Source: Planctomycetota bacterium | GTDB taxonomy: Bacteria; Planctomycetota; GCA-002687715; DRQF01 | DNA: 64,000 nt | Assembly (NCBI GenBank): GCA_036479435.1 | Contig: JAZGFI010000090.1 | Span: forward strand, 38,980 to 102,979 | Direction: 5' to 3' | Part shown: piece by piece, positions 30,757-41,800 of the stretch | Numbering within the stretch: the first letter of the stretch is position 1 | Layout of the letters: the number at the start of each line of letters is the position of its first letter | The notes under the pieces: model-generated | What the model was told of the DNA's origin: nothing | What the model saw: only the letters and a program-made list of their open reading frames with translations | Database searches by the model: none | Program-made: the position numbers and the translations under genes

Positions 30757-32412
30757 TTACTTGATCTTAGGCTGAAATCCATACCTTGATTTGTAGTGAC
30801 TCTGCATCGAGTTCCGCAGCAGTTCTTCATCTTCGGCCCGCACAATGAAGGAGTCGTGTACGGGGTGAATTGGGCGGCCCTCCTGCACAAAATCGTTCAT
30901 GATCGCACGCGCAAGTTCTGAGTCTTCGTTTTGGAGCCTCAAACCGACGCCAGTGAAGAACGACTCCTTGATGGGGCTGAGAGCAACGCAGATCCGGTCG
31001 ACGAAGTCGGCGACACTGAGTTCCGTTTCCCAAGGTATCTTTCCGAAATTGACACCCATGCTGATGGCCTTAATCGCCGTCTCTTTTGAGCCGCTGTTCA
31101 AGATGGCTTGAAATGCTGGCTTGCAAGCGTCACGAAGAGTGGGCTTGTCATCCCAATCATCGACCTCGACCTCAGCATAGAGATCACGGCCTTCAACATC
31201 TTCCCCAATGCGGTTGAAGAGGATCCTTGGATGGAGGCAAGAATAATCCAGCTCAACAGTCGCCTTGCCATCAATGCGAATCAGCCTGCGATCGGAAGAG
31301 GGAAAGCTCTGGATATAGGAGCGATAGAAGCGTCCGCCTTGCTGAAACGAAGCGTTGCTGAAGATCCGGCAGAGTCTCAGGAGGTCAGGGGCAAGCACAA
31401 TCCGATCGTTTTCCTCCATGACCAGATGATTGTCATGAGCTATAGGGTCATAAACAAACCGACAACAGAACGAAGAGGATGCAGGCGCGAAATAAGTGTC
31501 GGCAGAGCATTGAACGAAGGACGGGATCAAGGAGTTGCTGACATCAACCCTTCTATTGTGGCTTGATGAATGGTGCCCCTCGTCCTTACGGCTGTGTCTT
31601 TTTCTCCTCAGGAGATAGGCCCGTAAAACGGATTTGGGTATGTCAACGGGATGTCTCTCGTTCAGAGAGTTCAGAGAGATTAGATCTAATCTCATACCCG
31701 TCGTCACCGCAGTTTCCTCGTAGTCGATGAGGGTTTTTTCTTGGTCACGCAACACAATGACTTCGGAGGTCTGGTCGTCAAGGCACGCAGTTGCATCAAA
31801 GGAACTCTCGAGCATCAGATCTCGGAGCCAACCGATGGGGCGTATTTTTGTCATCATGTGACCCTTCTTGCCCCGGAATACGGAGATGCCGCCAAGCTTC
31901 TCAAGACGATCTCTTACTTCAACCATGGCCTCATGGGACAAGCCGAACTCTTGGTATCGGTTGAGCCGGCGGTAGTGCTTGCGATTAAACGAAATGCCGA
32001 GCCAGACCCTACGGTCATCTGCCAACGCTGTATTGACCTGTTCCAAGGCAACCGTGCGAGCGAGATTTGACAGCAGGATGTGGAGAGTACGCCGCTTCAA
32101 TTCGGCATTCTTGAATTTGGTGTAGGAGATTCCAATCCGCGCTATGACTTGAGCCACTAAGTCCCGTGCTGTAGGTGCTCGGTGAACGAGCGAGACCCAA
32201 AGGCTCTTGTCCCGATGATCAATCTTCAAGCATTTCGGCAGGCAACGAATCACGCTGGAGAGAATCGGGGGATCCTGATTGGAAACTGATCCAGTCTTGT
32301 CTACTTCGACACTTGCTAAGGGCCGAGTATCGTCCTGAGCGTCATTTTTCTGTTCAGGCTGCCCAGCGGCTTCGTGTCGTTGATCTGCCCTCGACCTAAA
32401 CTGATCATGCAT
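30757..32412 (-). CDS. Minimal family-A / T7-RNAP-like nucleotide polymerase
   Basis: GGRFY; motif A VELDYS; motif B RxxxK...LN; motif C PVHDSFIV; start uncertain (32412 overlaps upstream stop). Confidence 0.75.
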   Translation of the reverse strand: MHDQFRSRADQRHEAAGQPEQKNDAQDDTRPLASVEVDKTGSVSNQDPPILSSVIRCLPKCLKIDHRDKSLWVSLVHRAPTARDLVAQVIARIGISYTKFKNAELKRRTLHILLSNLARTVALEQVNTALADDRRVWLGISFNRKHYRRLNRYQEFGLSHEAMVEVRDRLEKLGGISVFRGKKGHMMTKIRPIGWLRDLMLESSFDATACLDDQTSEVIVLRDQEKTLIDYEETAVTTGMRLDLISLNSLNERHPVDIPKSVLRAYLLRRKRHSRKDEGHHSSSHNRRVDVSNSLIPSFVQCSADTYFAPASSSFCCRFVYDPIAHDNHLVMEENDRIVLAPDLLRLCRIFSNASFQQGGRFYRSYIQSFPSSDRRLIRIDGKATVELDYSCLHPRILFNRIGEDVEGRDLYAEVEVDDWDDKPTLRDACKPAFQAILNSGSKETAIKAISMGVNFGKIPWETELSVADFVDRICVALSPIKESFFTGVGLRLQNEDSELARAIMNDFVQEGRPIHPVHDSFIVRAEDEELLRNSMQSHYKSRYGFQPKIK

Positions 32413-32725
32413 TGAGATTGGCCTCCGCTGCTGTTCGGAGCGAGTCCAGTCGTCCGTGAGTATCATCGATCCGCCAATCAAGGTATCTGACGCAATCACC
32501 GATCACCTGTTGAACCTCAGCGAAGAAATAGCCGCCCATATGAGAGCAAGTCGGAAGACTCTCCACACCGATTAGGTAACGGATTGCCATGGGGGTCTTA
32601 CGTCGCCTTGAGCCGTCTTTGATGCCGACTTCCATGCCGACCTCGTATGAGTACCTTGAATTCGATCGACCTACTGAGATCTGTTCCCCTACCCAGCTAA
32701 TTTCGTTGTGGGTTGATGCAGCCAT
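32405..32725 (-). CDS. Hypothetical protein coupled to the polymerase-like gene
   Basis: Strong AGGAGG RBS; stop overlaps the ATG at 32412. Confidence 0.5.
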   Translation of the reverse strand: MAASTHNEISWVGEQISVGRSNSRYSYEVGMEVGIKDGSRRRKTPMAIRYLIGVESLPTCSHMGGYFFAEVQQVIGDCVRYLDWRIDDTHGRLDSLRTAAEANLNA

Positions 32726-33118
32726 TTTTTTGCCTCCTATCAAGAGAATTGGGCGTCAGGAGCGATGCCTCAATCACTGATTAGCGCTGACAATTGGTGG
32801 CGGCAATGTGCCTGACTGGGCTTGTCCGAAGATGTCCAGGGAATTCAGCTCCTGCTCTTCGTTGTCGGAGAAATGTAGCGATCGATCGGCATGCCGGTTG
32901 GCAACACAAGCGCAGTGTGTTCTTGACTGTGCAGCTAAATGACTAGCAAGTCATGAGATCGTTGTGATCAGATTTGTCGACGAATGGGCTGTCACAAATG
33001 CGCGCTCCGCAGCGAATGAGATCGACAGGGTAGATGATAAAGACCAAGGGATTCCCATCCGACCAATTCCCTTGCAAGCGATGATTAGGCGAGACGTCCA
33101 GTCGGCATTGCCCAAAAC

Positions 33119-34045
33119 CTACAGCTGTTTCGTTCCGTGGATCGTTGACGGCGCATCGACGAATTTTAGCCCATTCCCCTGGACAAAAATCTTCCATCGA
33201 TGCTCATATTGGGCGATCGAAAGGATGTTGAAGTCGTCAGTTTGCCCGGGTTGTCCATCTTCAATCCCGTCGCCGCATTTCACTCCGCCAAGATCGGTGA
33301 GCACGTACCGGTTATGAAATCGTTCACCGCCTGGGTCATCGAGCCAGCGACTAAATTTAACCGTGCAGCCAATAGGGAGTTTCTTGGCGAATTCGGACGC
33401 TTGTTGTTCAAAGAAAGCAAAGGTGCCTGTACGTTCACCGTGCACGTGGAGCATAAGACTCACTTCGCGACATCCAACCCGCGTGGCGACGACCGATAAC
33501 TCCTCCAACAAGATGCGGCAGCGTGCCTTTTCAAACGCGAAATGTGGATCAACTATGTGTATTTCTTTGGCTTCAACTAGAAAGGAACTCAGAGCTTTGA
33601 CTATTTTCGAAGCGGAGCGCTCAACAACGTCTCCGTTTTCCAAATCCCAAAGTGGATTAGCGAGAACACCCAAGTCCTTGGCAAGTAGAAGTTTTGAGAA
33701 ATTCTCGGCCGACCGCATGGCAATGACCCCTCGGTATGATGCTCGGTCATACTCTGATCGAGCGTTCTCAAGCCACGAGATTTCCGGGTCATATGTCTGG
33801 GCCACCCTTCTGGCACGTGGTCGACCAAGCATCTTGCAGAGTTCGGTTAATCGAGTCTTATCAAATTGTGACAAGTCCATTTCCAACGCGAGAGCATGCA
33901 CAGATCTCACCCACTTGGAGTATTTCGGGATTTCTATAATCACTCGAGGCGTCCCGATTCCAAATTTGTCGACGATGTATCGAAAGTTGGATGGTTTTGC
34001 CCAATCAATGCAAACTTCAGGTTCGACAGCGAAGCAGTGGATCAC
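33119..34045 (-). CDS. Protein with C-terminal PLD/MIT_C-like putative nuclease domain
   Basis: IHIVDPHF and FHNRYVLTDLGGVKCGDG; 1-nt overlap with the ATPase gene. Confidence 0.6.
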   Translation of the reverse strand: MIHCFAVEPEVCIDWAKPSNFRYIVDKFGIGTPRVIIEIPKYSKWVRSVHALALEMDLSQFDKTRLTELCKMLGRPRARRVAQTYDPEISWLENARSEYDRASYRGVIAMRSAENFSKLLLAKDLGVLANPLWDLENGDVVERSASKIVKALSSFLVEAKEIHIVDPHFAFEKARCRILLEELSVVATRVGCREVSLMLHVHGERTGTFAFFEQQASEFAKKLPIGCTVKFSRWLDDPGGERFHNRYVLTDLGGVKCGDGIEDGQPGQTDDFNILSIAQYEHRWKIFVQGNGLKFVDAPSTIHGTKQL

Positions 34046-35514
34046 TATATGAGTTCCCGCATTCGTTCATCGAAAAACCCGTCGGGCCAGTTGTCAAGGA
34101 ATTCACCATCTTCAGAGATTCTCAACTCCTTGATGCAAACGTCCCCGTCAATCTGATCGACATAGAGAACCGCAACATCTTCAGTGGTAACCGGATCCGT
34201 TTCAAACGGCAGTTCACCTTCCGATGTCTCTCGAATTCGACGTAACAACCTCAGGATCAAATGTTCACTGTGGGTTTCAATGAGAAACTGCCTTTCAGAA
34301 CATTGGCTGAGAAACAGATCACCCAATGCGACTTGCATCCTAGGATGAATGTGCAACTCAGGCTGTTCGATCGCGACGATTGTCACAATTTCTCGCGTGC
34401 CCAAGGGTGTATCCATAGTCGGTGACAGTGCGGCAACAACAACCGGGACTACTTGACCAATTCCCTCGCCAAGATCAGCAGGAGACAGGTCCAGAAGTTT
34501 CGTCTCATCAAAAACCACAAGCCGACCGATTTCCGGAAGATGATCAGTGAGCGCATCAAAATTCTCGTCGAGTTCACCATTCATGGCAGCCGCGCGGAGC
34601 CGGTCGAACATCGCACCATCGAACTCACGCAGGGTTTTCCAGACAATTTGATATCCGGTGTCCAGTCTTGACTCGTGACTCAGCCACTTGTTTGCATCTT
34701 TTCGAATAGTTTCGTCAATTGAAAGCAGGTCCCATGCGCCGAGCCCGCACGCCCATCTGCTTTCATCCAAACGCCTTGGTGATCGATAATTGCGATCAGG
34801 TACTTTGCGAATTGGTCCAACATATCTGAAGGTTGAGAGCTCGTCTCTCAACAGATCACATGCGCCGGTCAACAAATCCCCAGCAGACCGATAATAGTTT
34901 TCAACGTCTTCCGAATCCTCGGACTCCTCGAACTGCACGCTGCATCCGACCTCTGGAAGCGCCATCCGATTCCCAATTGAGCAAGCCACTTTGTCGGTGA
35001 GCACGATTGGCAAGTCACCTTCACCTTCGTACCCCAAGATTGGATTCGCGAGATTCAGATTCGTCAACCAGACATTGGAACCACCTGAGCTGCAACCGAA
35101 CTCTGCAAACGGGTCTCCGTTGAACCCAACGGCCAGCCTGTCAACAATTGGCCGTGCAAGGGGAATGCTCCAACAAACCCGAATCTCAACACTAATTGTC
35201 TCGAAACTAAACTCGGCCGACTCCAATTCAACTCCCTCTGACGGCGCAAATTCAAACCCTACAGTGATTGAATTAGTGAGGTCGTGATTGTTGACGTAGC
35301 TCTGATATCCGCCAAGGTCTAAGTCGCCACCGAGGCGTGTGCGCCCAACGTCCGGATCACCAAGTTCAAGCATCGCTTGCGCATAATGAACTGCATGCAT
35401 TACGGTGCTCTTCCCAGCACTATTTGGACCGAACAACAGAGTGATTGGCTTAAGACTCAATTCCTGACGGTCACTAATGCCCTTGAAGTTCTCTATGGAG
35501 ATTCGACGAATCAT
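34045..35514 (-). CDS. ABC-type (AAA_15/21) ATPase with DUF3696-like tail
   Basis: Walker A GPNSAGKS; signature DLGEGIGQVVP; IEQPELHIHP; ETHSEH; WPDGFFD. Confidence 0.88.
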   Translation of the reverse strand: MIRRISIENFKGISDRQELSLKPITLLFGPNSAGKSTVMHAVHYAQAMLELGDPDVGRTRLGGDLDLGGYQSYVNNHDLTNSITVGFEFAPSEGVELESAEFSFETISVEIRVCWSIPLARPIVDRLAVGFNGDPFAEFGCSSGGSNVWLTNLNLANPILGYEGEGDLPIVLTDKVACSIGNRMALPEVGCSVQFEESEDSEDVENYYRSAGDLLTGACDLLRDELSTFRYVGPIRKVPDRNYRSPRRLDESRWACGLGAWDLLSIDETIRKDANKWLSHESRLDTGYQIVWKTLREFDGAMFDRLRAAAMNGELDENFDALTDHLPEIGRLVVFDETKLLDLSPADLGEGIGQVVPVVVAALSPTMDTPLGTREIVTIVAIEQPELHIHPRMQVALGDLFLSQCSERQFLIETHSEHLILRLLRRIRETSEGELPFETDPVTTEDVAVLYVDQIDGDVCIKELRISEDGEFLDNWPDGFFDERMRELI

Positions 35515-35516
35515 GT

Positions 35517-36701
35517 TCAGAGTTCTCCTTTGTATGCGCATTGAGAAAGCGAGTCAAATAACTCAGCAGCGCGTTTTCTGTGGAGCTCGAAGTTCCGTTT
35601 CGCAGAGCGCGCATTGTCATGCAAGGCTAAGAAATCTTCTTGTAAGGGCTTGGGAGGCGTGATTATCTCTAATCCACCAAGGCCTCGAGTGTTGATATTG
35701 TAGTTCCCTGCAGTCGTCTTTGCTTCGCGAATCAAACGAGACCTAAAAGTTGGAAATGACACAACGCTCTGTATGAACTGGCTTGAGGTGGGTGAGCCTG
35801 GTGTGAGGCGCGCTCGTATCAAGTATGAGGCAAAAAGCGCCTCTCGCTTGTCATCGAAAACCGCACACCGACCGATGTGATCAGGATTGCCATTCGTTCT
35901 GACAAAGAGAAGATCGTCTTGCTGAAGAAGGACTCGATTCGCCTCAGCTTGTTCAAGCGTTGTGTATTTTAGGTCAACCCAGTTGATTCCACCGTTCTTT
36001 ATGTTGGGGATGCGAAGAACGGGGCGAGACCCTTCTATTTCGGTCAATGCGCATTTCTTTGAAGTGCCATAGCGCATCTCAGACGTTAAGCTGTCCAGGC
36101 GGCAAGAATCCCACCCCTTGGGATTTTTTACAGGATCACCGAACATATTGTGGAAGGCTGAGCGGAGGAAATCTTCGGTTAGGGCAATGGACTCTTGCCG
36201 TTTTCGTCTGATTGCGTCGGCTTTGTCGAGGATGTCGGCGATGCGCCTTTGTTCAGGGAGAGATGGGAGGGGGACCGAAAGCGTTGCGAGTCTCGAGAAA
36301 GAAATCGCCTTCCGTCGATGAACGGACCCATTCCCTAAGAGTTCATAAGTTGCAAGTGCTTCCGGCGATTTCAGAAATCGAACAAGGTACTCAGGCAAAA
36401 CCTCATTAGTGTCAACTTCGAACCCAGTATACATCGGACTAATAATGCAGTCTTCTGGGCCAATACCAATTGAGCCTTCGTCAAGGTGAATCGTTGCGTA
36501 AGCTATCTCGTTTTTGTGTATCTCTTTGTAGCCTTTGGTATCTCGACTGAATACCTGTTTTTTAAAGTACTCGAGGCTCGGAACGAAGCCACTATGTTTT
36601 GTGACCGCGTAGACGGGCAACTTAGATCCCGTCTTCGCACGCCGCTTGACTTCTCGCGAAACGCTTCCCAACAGGACTCTCGAAAAGGATCGATCCTTCA
36701 A
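35517..36701 (-). CDS. hsdS: Type I RM specificity subunit
   Basis: Two TRDs; [42 protein letters not shown]. Confidence 0.95.
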   Translation of the reverse strand: MKDRSFSRVLLGSVSREVKRRAKTGSKLPVYAVTKHSGFVPSLEYFKKQVFSRDTKGYKEIHKNEIAYATIHLDEGSIGIGPEDCIISPMYTGFEVDTNEVLPEYLVRFLKSPEALATYELLGNGSVHRRKAISFSRLATLSVPLPSLPEQRRIADILDKADAIRRKRQESIALTEDFLRSAFHNMFGDPVKNPKGWDSCRLDSLTSEMRYGTSKKCALTEIEGSRPVLRIPNIKNGGINWVDLKYTTLEQAEANRVLLQQDDLLFVRTNGNPDHIGRCAVFDDKREALFASYLIRARLTPGSPTSSQFIQSVVSFPTFRSRLIREAKTTAGNYNINTRGLGGLEIITPPKPLQEDFLALHDNARSAKRNFELHRKRAAELFDSLSQCAYKGEL

Positions 36702-38233
36702 GACAATAGTCCCTCTAATTCATCGAGGTCTGAAGTGATTTCTCTTTCCAACATCCTAATTTTCTCAATAATGATTCGCGGCTTTTCAGTCTTGGCTTCT
36801 TCGTAGACGACTTCCTTGTATCGATTCATGGAAAGGTCGTAATTCTCATCTCTAATTTCGTCAGCCGACACAAAGAAAGCCTGCGCCTTTCGATCATTTA
36901 GTTTCTTGGCGTCTCTTTTTCGCCATTGCTCAACAACATCGGGCAAATCATTTTCTTCAACCGGTCCAAGCGGTGTTTTTTCTTTGGATGCCTCCGCACG
37001 TTTGTCATCTAGAGAATAACCATCCCGCTTAACGTCATAGAAGAAAACGTTGTCTGTTTTTCCACCTTTTGTGAACACGAGGATGGCCGTTGACACACCG
37101 GCATAGGGCTTGAAAACGCCGGACGGCAAGGAGATAACCGCTTCAAGTTGGTTTTCGTCCACGAGCAGTTTGCGCAGCGATTTGTGGGCACCAGATGAAT
37201 TGAAAAGAACGCCGTCGGGAACGATGGTAGCACTCCGACCGCCCAACTTAAGCATCTGTAAAATAAGCCCAACGAATAGTAACTCCGTCTTCTTAGTTTT
37301 GACTTTCCGAATCAGCGAAGGATGCACATCGGCATAGTCAAGGCTACCCTTGAACGGTGGATTCGCAAAGATGACGTCAAAAGCGTTCTCTGCAAACTGT
37401 GGAAACTTCTCAGGAAACGAATTACTCAGGGTATCTCGGTAGTGAATCCCTGGATTGTCGACTCCATGAAGCATCATGTTCATAGCCGCAATGCGCAGCA
37501 TCGTCACATCAAAGTCGAAACCATGAAACATGTCTTTTTGTATGTGCTCGCGATAGGGCTCGAGCTTGTCGCCTGTGAAAATGATGCTGCCGTCCTCAGC
37601 TTTGATTTGTCCGGCTTTGGATGTATGAGTTTCAAGAAGATATTGCATGGCCCCAACTAAGAAACCTGCGGTGCCACAGGCAGGGTCAGCAATTGTTTCG
37701 TCTGGTTTTGGTTCAAGTAGCTCAACCATTAGCCGAATGATGTGTCTTGGAGTTCTGAACTGCCCATTGATGCCGGCTGTAGTCAACTTGCCAAGCAAAT
37801 ACTCGTAGAGGTCACCTTTGGTGTCGCCGGAGGTGAGAGGAAGTTCATCGACCATGTTGACTGCCTGAACCAAGAGGCTCGACTTCTGAATCATCAGCTG
37901 AGCATCAGCCATGTACTCACTGAAAGTGTCTCCTTCGCTGAGATTCCGTAGATGTTTGAATACGTTGTCACGAACCATCGGCATCATTTTCTCACCGCTG
38001 AGGTGCTTGAAGCTCGACCAACGAAACTCCTGCTCATCTTTAGCGAACACTGGCTGAAACTGCTTCTTTGATCTTGCGGCACGTATCTCGCTGGCAGACT
38101 CTTTGACGTCGAGCAAGCGGATGAACATCAGAAATGAGATCTGCTCAATGACAGTGAGGGGATTGGTAATCCCGCCTGTCCAAAAGGCTTCCCATAGTTT
38201 GTCAATCTTGCTTCTAAGTGGACCAGTAATCAT
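36698..38233 (-). CDS. hsdM: Type I RM N6-adenine methyltransferase
   Basis: [24 protein letters not shown]. Confidence 0.97.
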   Translation of the reverse strand: MITGPLRSKIDKLWEAFWTGGITNPLTVIEQISFLMFIRLLDVKESASEIRAARSKKQFQPVFAKDEQEFRWSSFKHLSGEKMMPMVRDNVFKHLRNLSEGDTFSEYMADAQLMIQKSSLLVQAVNMVDELPLTSGDTKGDLYEYLLGKLTTAGINGQFRTPRHIIRLMVELLEPKPDETIADPACGTAGFLVGAMQYLLETHTSKAGQIKAEDGSIIFTGDKLEPYREHIQKDMFHGFDFDVTMLRIAAMNMMLHGVDNPGIHYRDTLSNSFPEKFPQFAENAFDVIFANPPFKGSLDYADVHPSLIRKVKTKKTELLFVGLILQMLKLGGRSATIVPDGVLFNSSGAHKSLRKLLVDENQLEAVISLPSGVFKPYAGVSTAILVFTKGGKTDNVFFYDVKRDGYSLDDKRAEASKEKTPLGPVEENDLPDVVEQWRKRDAKKLNDRKAQAFFVSADEIRDENYDLSMNRYKEVVYEEAKTEKPRIIIEKIRMLEREITSDLDELEGLLS

Positions 38234-41200
38234 GCAGAGTGTCCTCGGACATCAGGAAAGTTGAATCGGTCAATCAGTGTCAGCAGCTCGTCAATGAGTT
38301 TGCCTTCAAAGACGCCATCGACGCCGTTTGAGCTGATTGATGTAAATGGTGGATCATAAAGACGGTCGACTTCGAGACCGCCATTCGCGCAAATGTATGC
38401 TTGAAGAATTGAGATGAATTGCAGCTGCTGTGAAGTCAATTCTGTGTGCTTGTGAATGAACTCAGTAAAACCCACATCCACTGCCTCGGTGTCTAAGCCA
38501 ATGATGCTTCGAAGCGCACGGTGCAAATCACCAGCCACGTCGATCTTGATGGGTAGGTTCTTGAGATCGACCTGTGGGTCGACTCTTAGAATCTTCAATG
38601 CCAGATCGTCCAAGTCCTGTTCCGAGACGGCCTCGCCGGCTTTGATTCGAGCGAGGGTAGGGTCTGCCACGAAGTGTGATTCCAAAACTTCTTGGACGCG
38701 CTGTCTGTAGGCAATGAGCTCTTGGCCATCGACCTTCGGGGTGTGTGACTCGGCCACCATAAAGCTGTCTTTCACATCGATTGTGACAGGATCAATCCTT
38801 GGCGCAGCAATCACAATCTTATGTTTCATGATCGACCGCAGATCAGTTCTCAAGTGCTCAAGGTCCGCAAGAGATGCACTTTCCCAGAACTCATCGCTTC
38901 GAACTTGGAGAATGCTGTCGGTCTTTGCTTTCACCTGGTTCAGATTCTTGGGAAGAGCCTCGACTTCATCTTTCAGCTGGCCAGCCAAGTCTGCGTATTC
39001 GCCAGATTCTTGTAAGAGAGAGGTCTGCATGCTCGTCATCAGCAGGTCGTGTCGATAAGCGTCTTCGTTCCCTCTGATGTCACACCAACGCATGAGTGGT
39101 GACACAATGTCGACCAAGGCTGCGTGGGTAGCGGCAGCAAAGGACTTGAGAGTGGCTTCCGAGCCAAGCTCCTGGAGGTTCTTCCAATGATCTCGGACTC
39201 CGATTGCCTTGGAGTTCTTAAGGAAGTTGATGTCAGCTCGAATCAGCTTTATGGCACCCTGGAAGGCCACTTCGTTCATCTTCTCCAAAGCAACTCGCGC
39301 AAACTCGACTCGAGTCCTGAAGACGCGTTCCATGAGTGACTTCGTCGGCGCTGGACTCTGCTCTTCGAAATGCTCGTCAAAGTACTCAAAGTTGCCCCAA
39401 TGATCGAAGATGAGGAATTCAGTCTTGTGCATGCCAGGACCAAAGAGGTTAGGACAAAGTCTGGTTCCACGTCCGATCATCTGCCAGAACTTGACATAGG
39501 ACTTTATCGGCTTGGCGAAGACCAAGTTCACGATCTCGGGCACGTCGAGGCCGGTATCCATCATGTCGACTGAGATTGCGATGCGAAGCTCGTGGTCTGG
39601 GTTCTTGAAATCATCAATGAGCTGCTCTGCTCTGGGATCGTAGTTGTCGATCACGCGGCAGAAATTGCCACCATACATGGGATAGAGCTCTGAAAAGACT
39701 TCAGAGAGATGCTCTGCATGTTTGTGACCACGGGCAAACACAATGGTCTTCCCTGGTAGGCTTCCAGACTCATCGCTGATTCCATTTTCCATCAGATTTC
39801 GAAGGATGTGACGGCTGGTATCCTTATTGAAAATCTTGCGGTCAATATCGGTTGACTCGTGCTCTATGAGTTGAGCGTCTTCTCTTTGTGCTTCAAGTTG
39901 TCGCTGCTCATCAGCCGTCATTTGGCTGTACTTGATCCCGTCACGAAGAAACTTCGTGGTGACTTTCGAGACTCTAAACGGTGTTAAATATCGAGGTGAG
40001 TGGTTGATGGCTTCTTCAAAGGTGTAGCTGGCCGTTGGATCACGGTCTTCGCAACCAAATAGGTCATAGGTATTGCGATCAACGAGATGAATCGGTGTAG
40101 CTGTCAGGCCCACTTGGCAGGCATCAAAATACCTGAATATGTCACGGTACTTGTTGTAGATGCTGCGATGGGACTCATCTGCGATGATCAAATCGAAGAA
40201 ACCGACATCAAAAGTCTCAAAACATTTGATCATGGCTGGATAAGTGGCGAGATAGATTCTCTTCTCGCGATCGGAAGCGGTCTTCGACGTCACAAACACA
40301 CGTGGCTCGGTGGGCAGAAATTCCTTGAACGTGTTGTCGGCTTGCTTGCGAAGTTCTCGACGGTCACAAAGGAAGAGGATGCGTTTGGCCCAATTGGCTC
40401 GGAGCATGACATCACAAATAGATATCGAAACGCGAGTTTTACCCGTGCCGGTGGCTTGCACAATCAGAGAGTTTCGATGCCCTTCTGAGAACCTCTCTGT
40501 GACCCGCTTGATTGCTTCCATCTGGTACATGCGACCAGCGATTTCCGGCTTGGGTGCGACTAACTCGAGGGTCTTTTTCTGGCTTCGCTGAAAATGCAAG
40601 TATTCGAGGCTGTCCTTGGAATAGAAACCGTAGAGTTTTCTGGGAGGGAAGTTCTGGGCATCATCCCAGAGGTGAGTATTCACACCATTCGTGTAAAAGA
40701 TGATGGGGCGTTGATCGTGCCTTTTCTCAAGTGAATCGGCATAGAGTTTTGCTTGAGTTCTCCCTGCCTCAGCAGACTTCGAAGTCTTCTTGGCCTCTAC
40801 GACTGCCAAAGGTTTGCCATTGTCGCCCCAGAGAACATAGTCTGCATAGCCATCGCCGGATTTTGTTGGCTGACCATCAACCTTGATCTCTTGGCCAACT
40901 TCTTGGGTATCAGCTCCATTGGCACCGACATCCCATCCCGCTTCGACAAGTAAAGCATCGATGAGGAACTTTCGAGTTTCTGCTTCGCTGAATTCAAGTT
41001 CTGTCGCCGCTGTTTGACCGGCTGTACGAAGACTGGCTAATTCCGCTTCTGTGGCTCTTTCGAGTTCTTCTCTCGATTTTCGCTCTTCGTCTAGAGACTT
41101 TAATACATCTGAGAGCTGTGCTTCTTGTCTGGCAAGTTTTTGAAGTAGCTCTTTCTTCTGACGCTTGAGGCTACCCTTTGTCACTTCTTGGACCGTGTCC

Positions 41201-41613
41201 TCGAGTGCGCTAAAGGCAGGTATCTCGTCCGGATTTCCAGCGTCAAAGACGACATGAAACCAACGCCCTACATCGAAAGCTTCCTTAAGAAGTGATCTTA
41301 CGGTGTCTTTTGCAGCTGCCTCGCCATGCGCAGCCCGATTACCTCGAATGCGGAGGGCGTGCATTTTTTGGATGACGATGTCTGGAACCGAGTCTTCAAA
41401 GACACTCGCCATCAAGAGATCATTGAGGTTGGCGCGGAGAGCCTTAGGTAGATTCCTTGCGTCGTAGATATCCTCGACGACCTGCTCGACAAAGGTGCGT
41501 AGCTTCACCAATGCACTGGATGGGTCTGTCGTTGAGTAGCGCTCAGCGAATGCACCCAAGGTGGCAAGTTCAGCTCTTTTGTCTCGGAGGAACTCGAAGT
41601 TCTTAGACTTCAT
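38230..41613 (-). CDS. hsdR: Type I RM restriction subunit (DUF4145-like N-terminus, EcoEI-type C-terminus)
   Basis: ADY...VEAK nuclease, [34 protein letters not shown]. Confidence 0.97.
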   Translation of the reverse strand: MKSKNFEFLRDKRAELATLGAFAERYSTTDPSSALVKLRTFVEQVVEDIYDARNLPKALRANLNDLLMASVFEDSVPDIVIQKMHALRIRGNRAAHGEAAAKDTVRSLLKEAFDVGRWFHVVFDAGNPDEIPAFSALEDTVQEVTKGSLKRQKKELLQKLARQEAQLSDVLKSLDEERKSREELERATEAELASLRTAGQTAATELEFSEAETRKFLIDALLVEAGWDVGANGADTQEVGQEIKVDGQPTKSGDGYADYVLWGDNGKPLAVVEAKKTSKSAEAGRTQAKLYADSLEKRHDQRPIIFYTNGVNTHLWDDAQNFPPRKLYGFYSKDSLEYLHFQRSQKKTLELVAPKPEIAGRMYQMEAIKRVTERFSEGHRNSLIVQATGTGKTRVSISICDVMLRANWAKRILFLCDRRELRKQADNTFKEFLPTEPRVFVTSKTASDREKRIYLATYPAMIKCFETFDVGFFDLIIADESHRSIYNKYRDIFRYFDACQVGLTATPIHLVDRNTYDLFGCEDRDPTASYTFEEAINHSPRYLTPFRVSKVTTKFLRDGIKYSQMTADEQRQLEAQREDAQLIEHESTDIDRKIFNKDTSRHILRNLMENGISDESGSLPGKTIVFARGHKHAEHLSEVFSELYPMYGGNFCRVIDNYDPRAEQLIDDFKNPDHELRIAISVDMMDTGLDVPEIVNLVFAKPIKSYVKFWQMIGRGTRLCPNLFGPGMHKTEFLIFDHWGNFEYFDEHFEEQSPAPTKSLMERVFRTRVEFARVALEKMNEVAFQGAIKLIRADINFLKNSKAIGVRDHWKNLQELGSEATLKSFAAATHAALVDIVSPLMRWCDIRGNEDAYRHDLLMTSMQTSLLQESGEYADLAGQLKDEVEALPKNLNQVKAKTDSILQVRSDEFWESASLADLEHLRTDLRSIMKHKIVIAAPRIDPVTIDVKDSFMVAESHTPKVDGQELIAYRQRVQEVLESHFVADPTLARIKAGEAVSEQDLDDLALKILRVDPQVDLKNLPIKIDVAGDLHRALRSIIGLDTEAVDVGFTEFIHKHTELTSQQLQFISILQAYICANGGLEVDRLYDPPFTSISSNGVDGVFEGKLIDELLTLIDRFNFPDVRGHSA

Positions 41614-41780
41614 GGCATCCTCCTATCCTTGCGAGAAGTGTCAATTCCGTTGCATCCGTTTGACTCATCAAGCACCAACCATTCTTGATCAACTCGCTTG
41701 AGTCGTCGCTTTTAGTTGTCGCATGGTGAGTCATCTGGTCACTTCCTTTGGCCGCACAACAATGAGCAGCAGAATTTCAG

Positions 41781-41800
41781 CTATCGCACTTTTCGTGCCG
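41781..41800 (-). promoter_or_regulatory. Sigma54 (-24/-12) promoter upstream of hsdR
   Basis: Minus strand CGGCACGAAAAGTGCGATAG (GG-N10-GC). Confidence 0.75.

Noticed and set aside
32899..32914. Third sigma54-like site (TGGCAACACAAGCGCA)
   Set aside because: Poor match to the other two sites and no credible plus-strand gene downstream.
35517..36701. Phase-variable hsdS shufflon
   Set aside because: Single hsdS; no silent TRD copies, flanking inverted repeats or simple-sequence tract seen.
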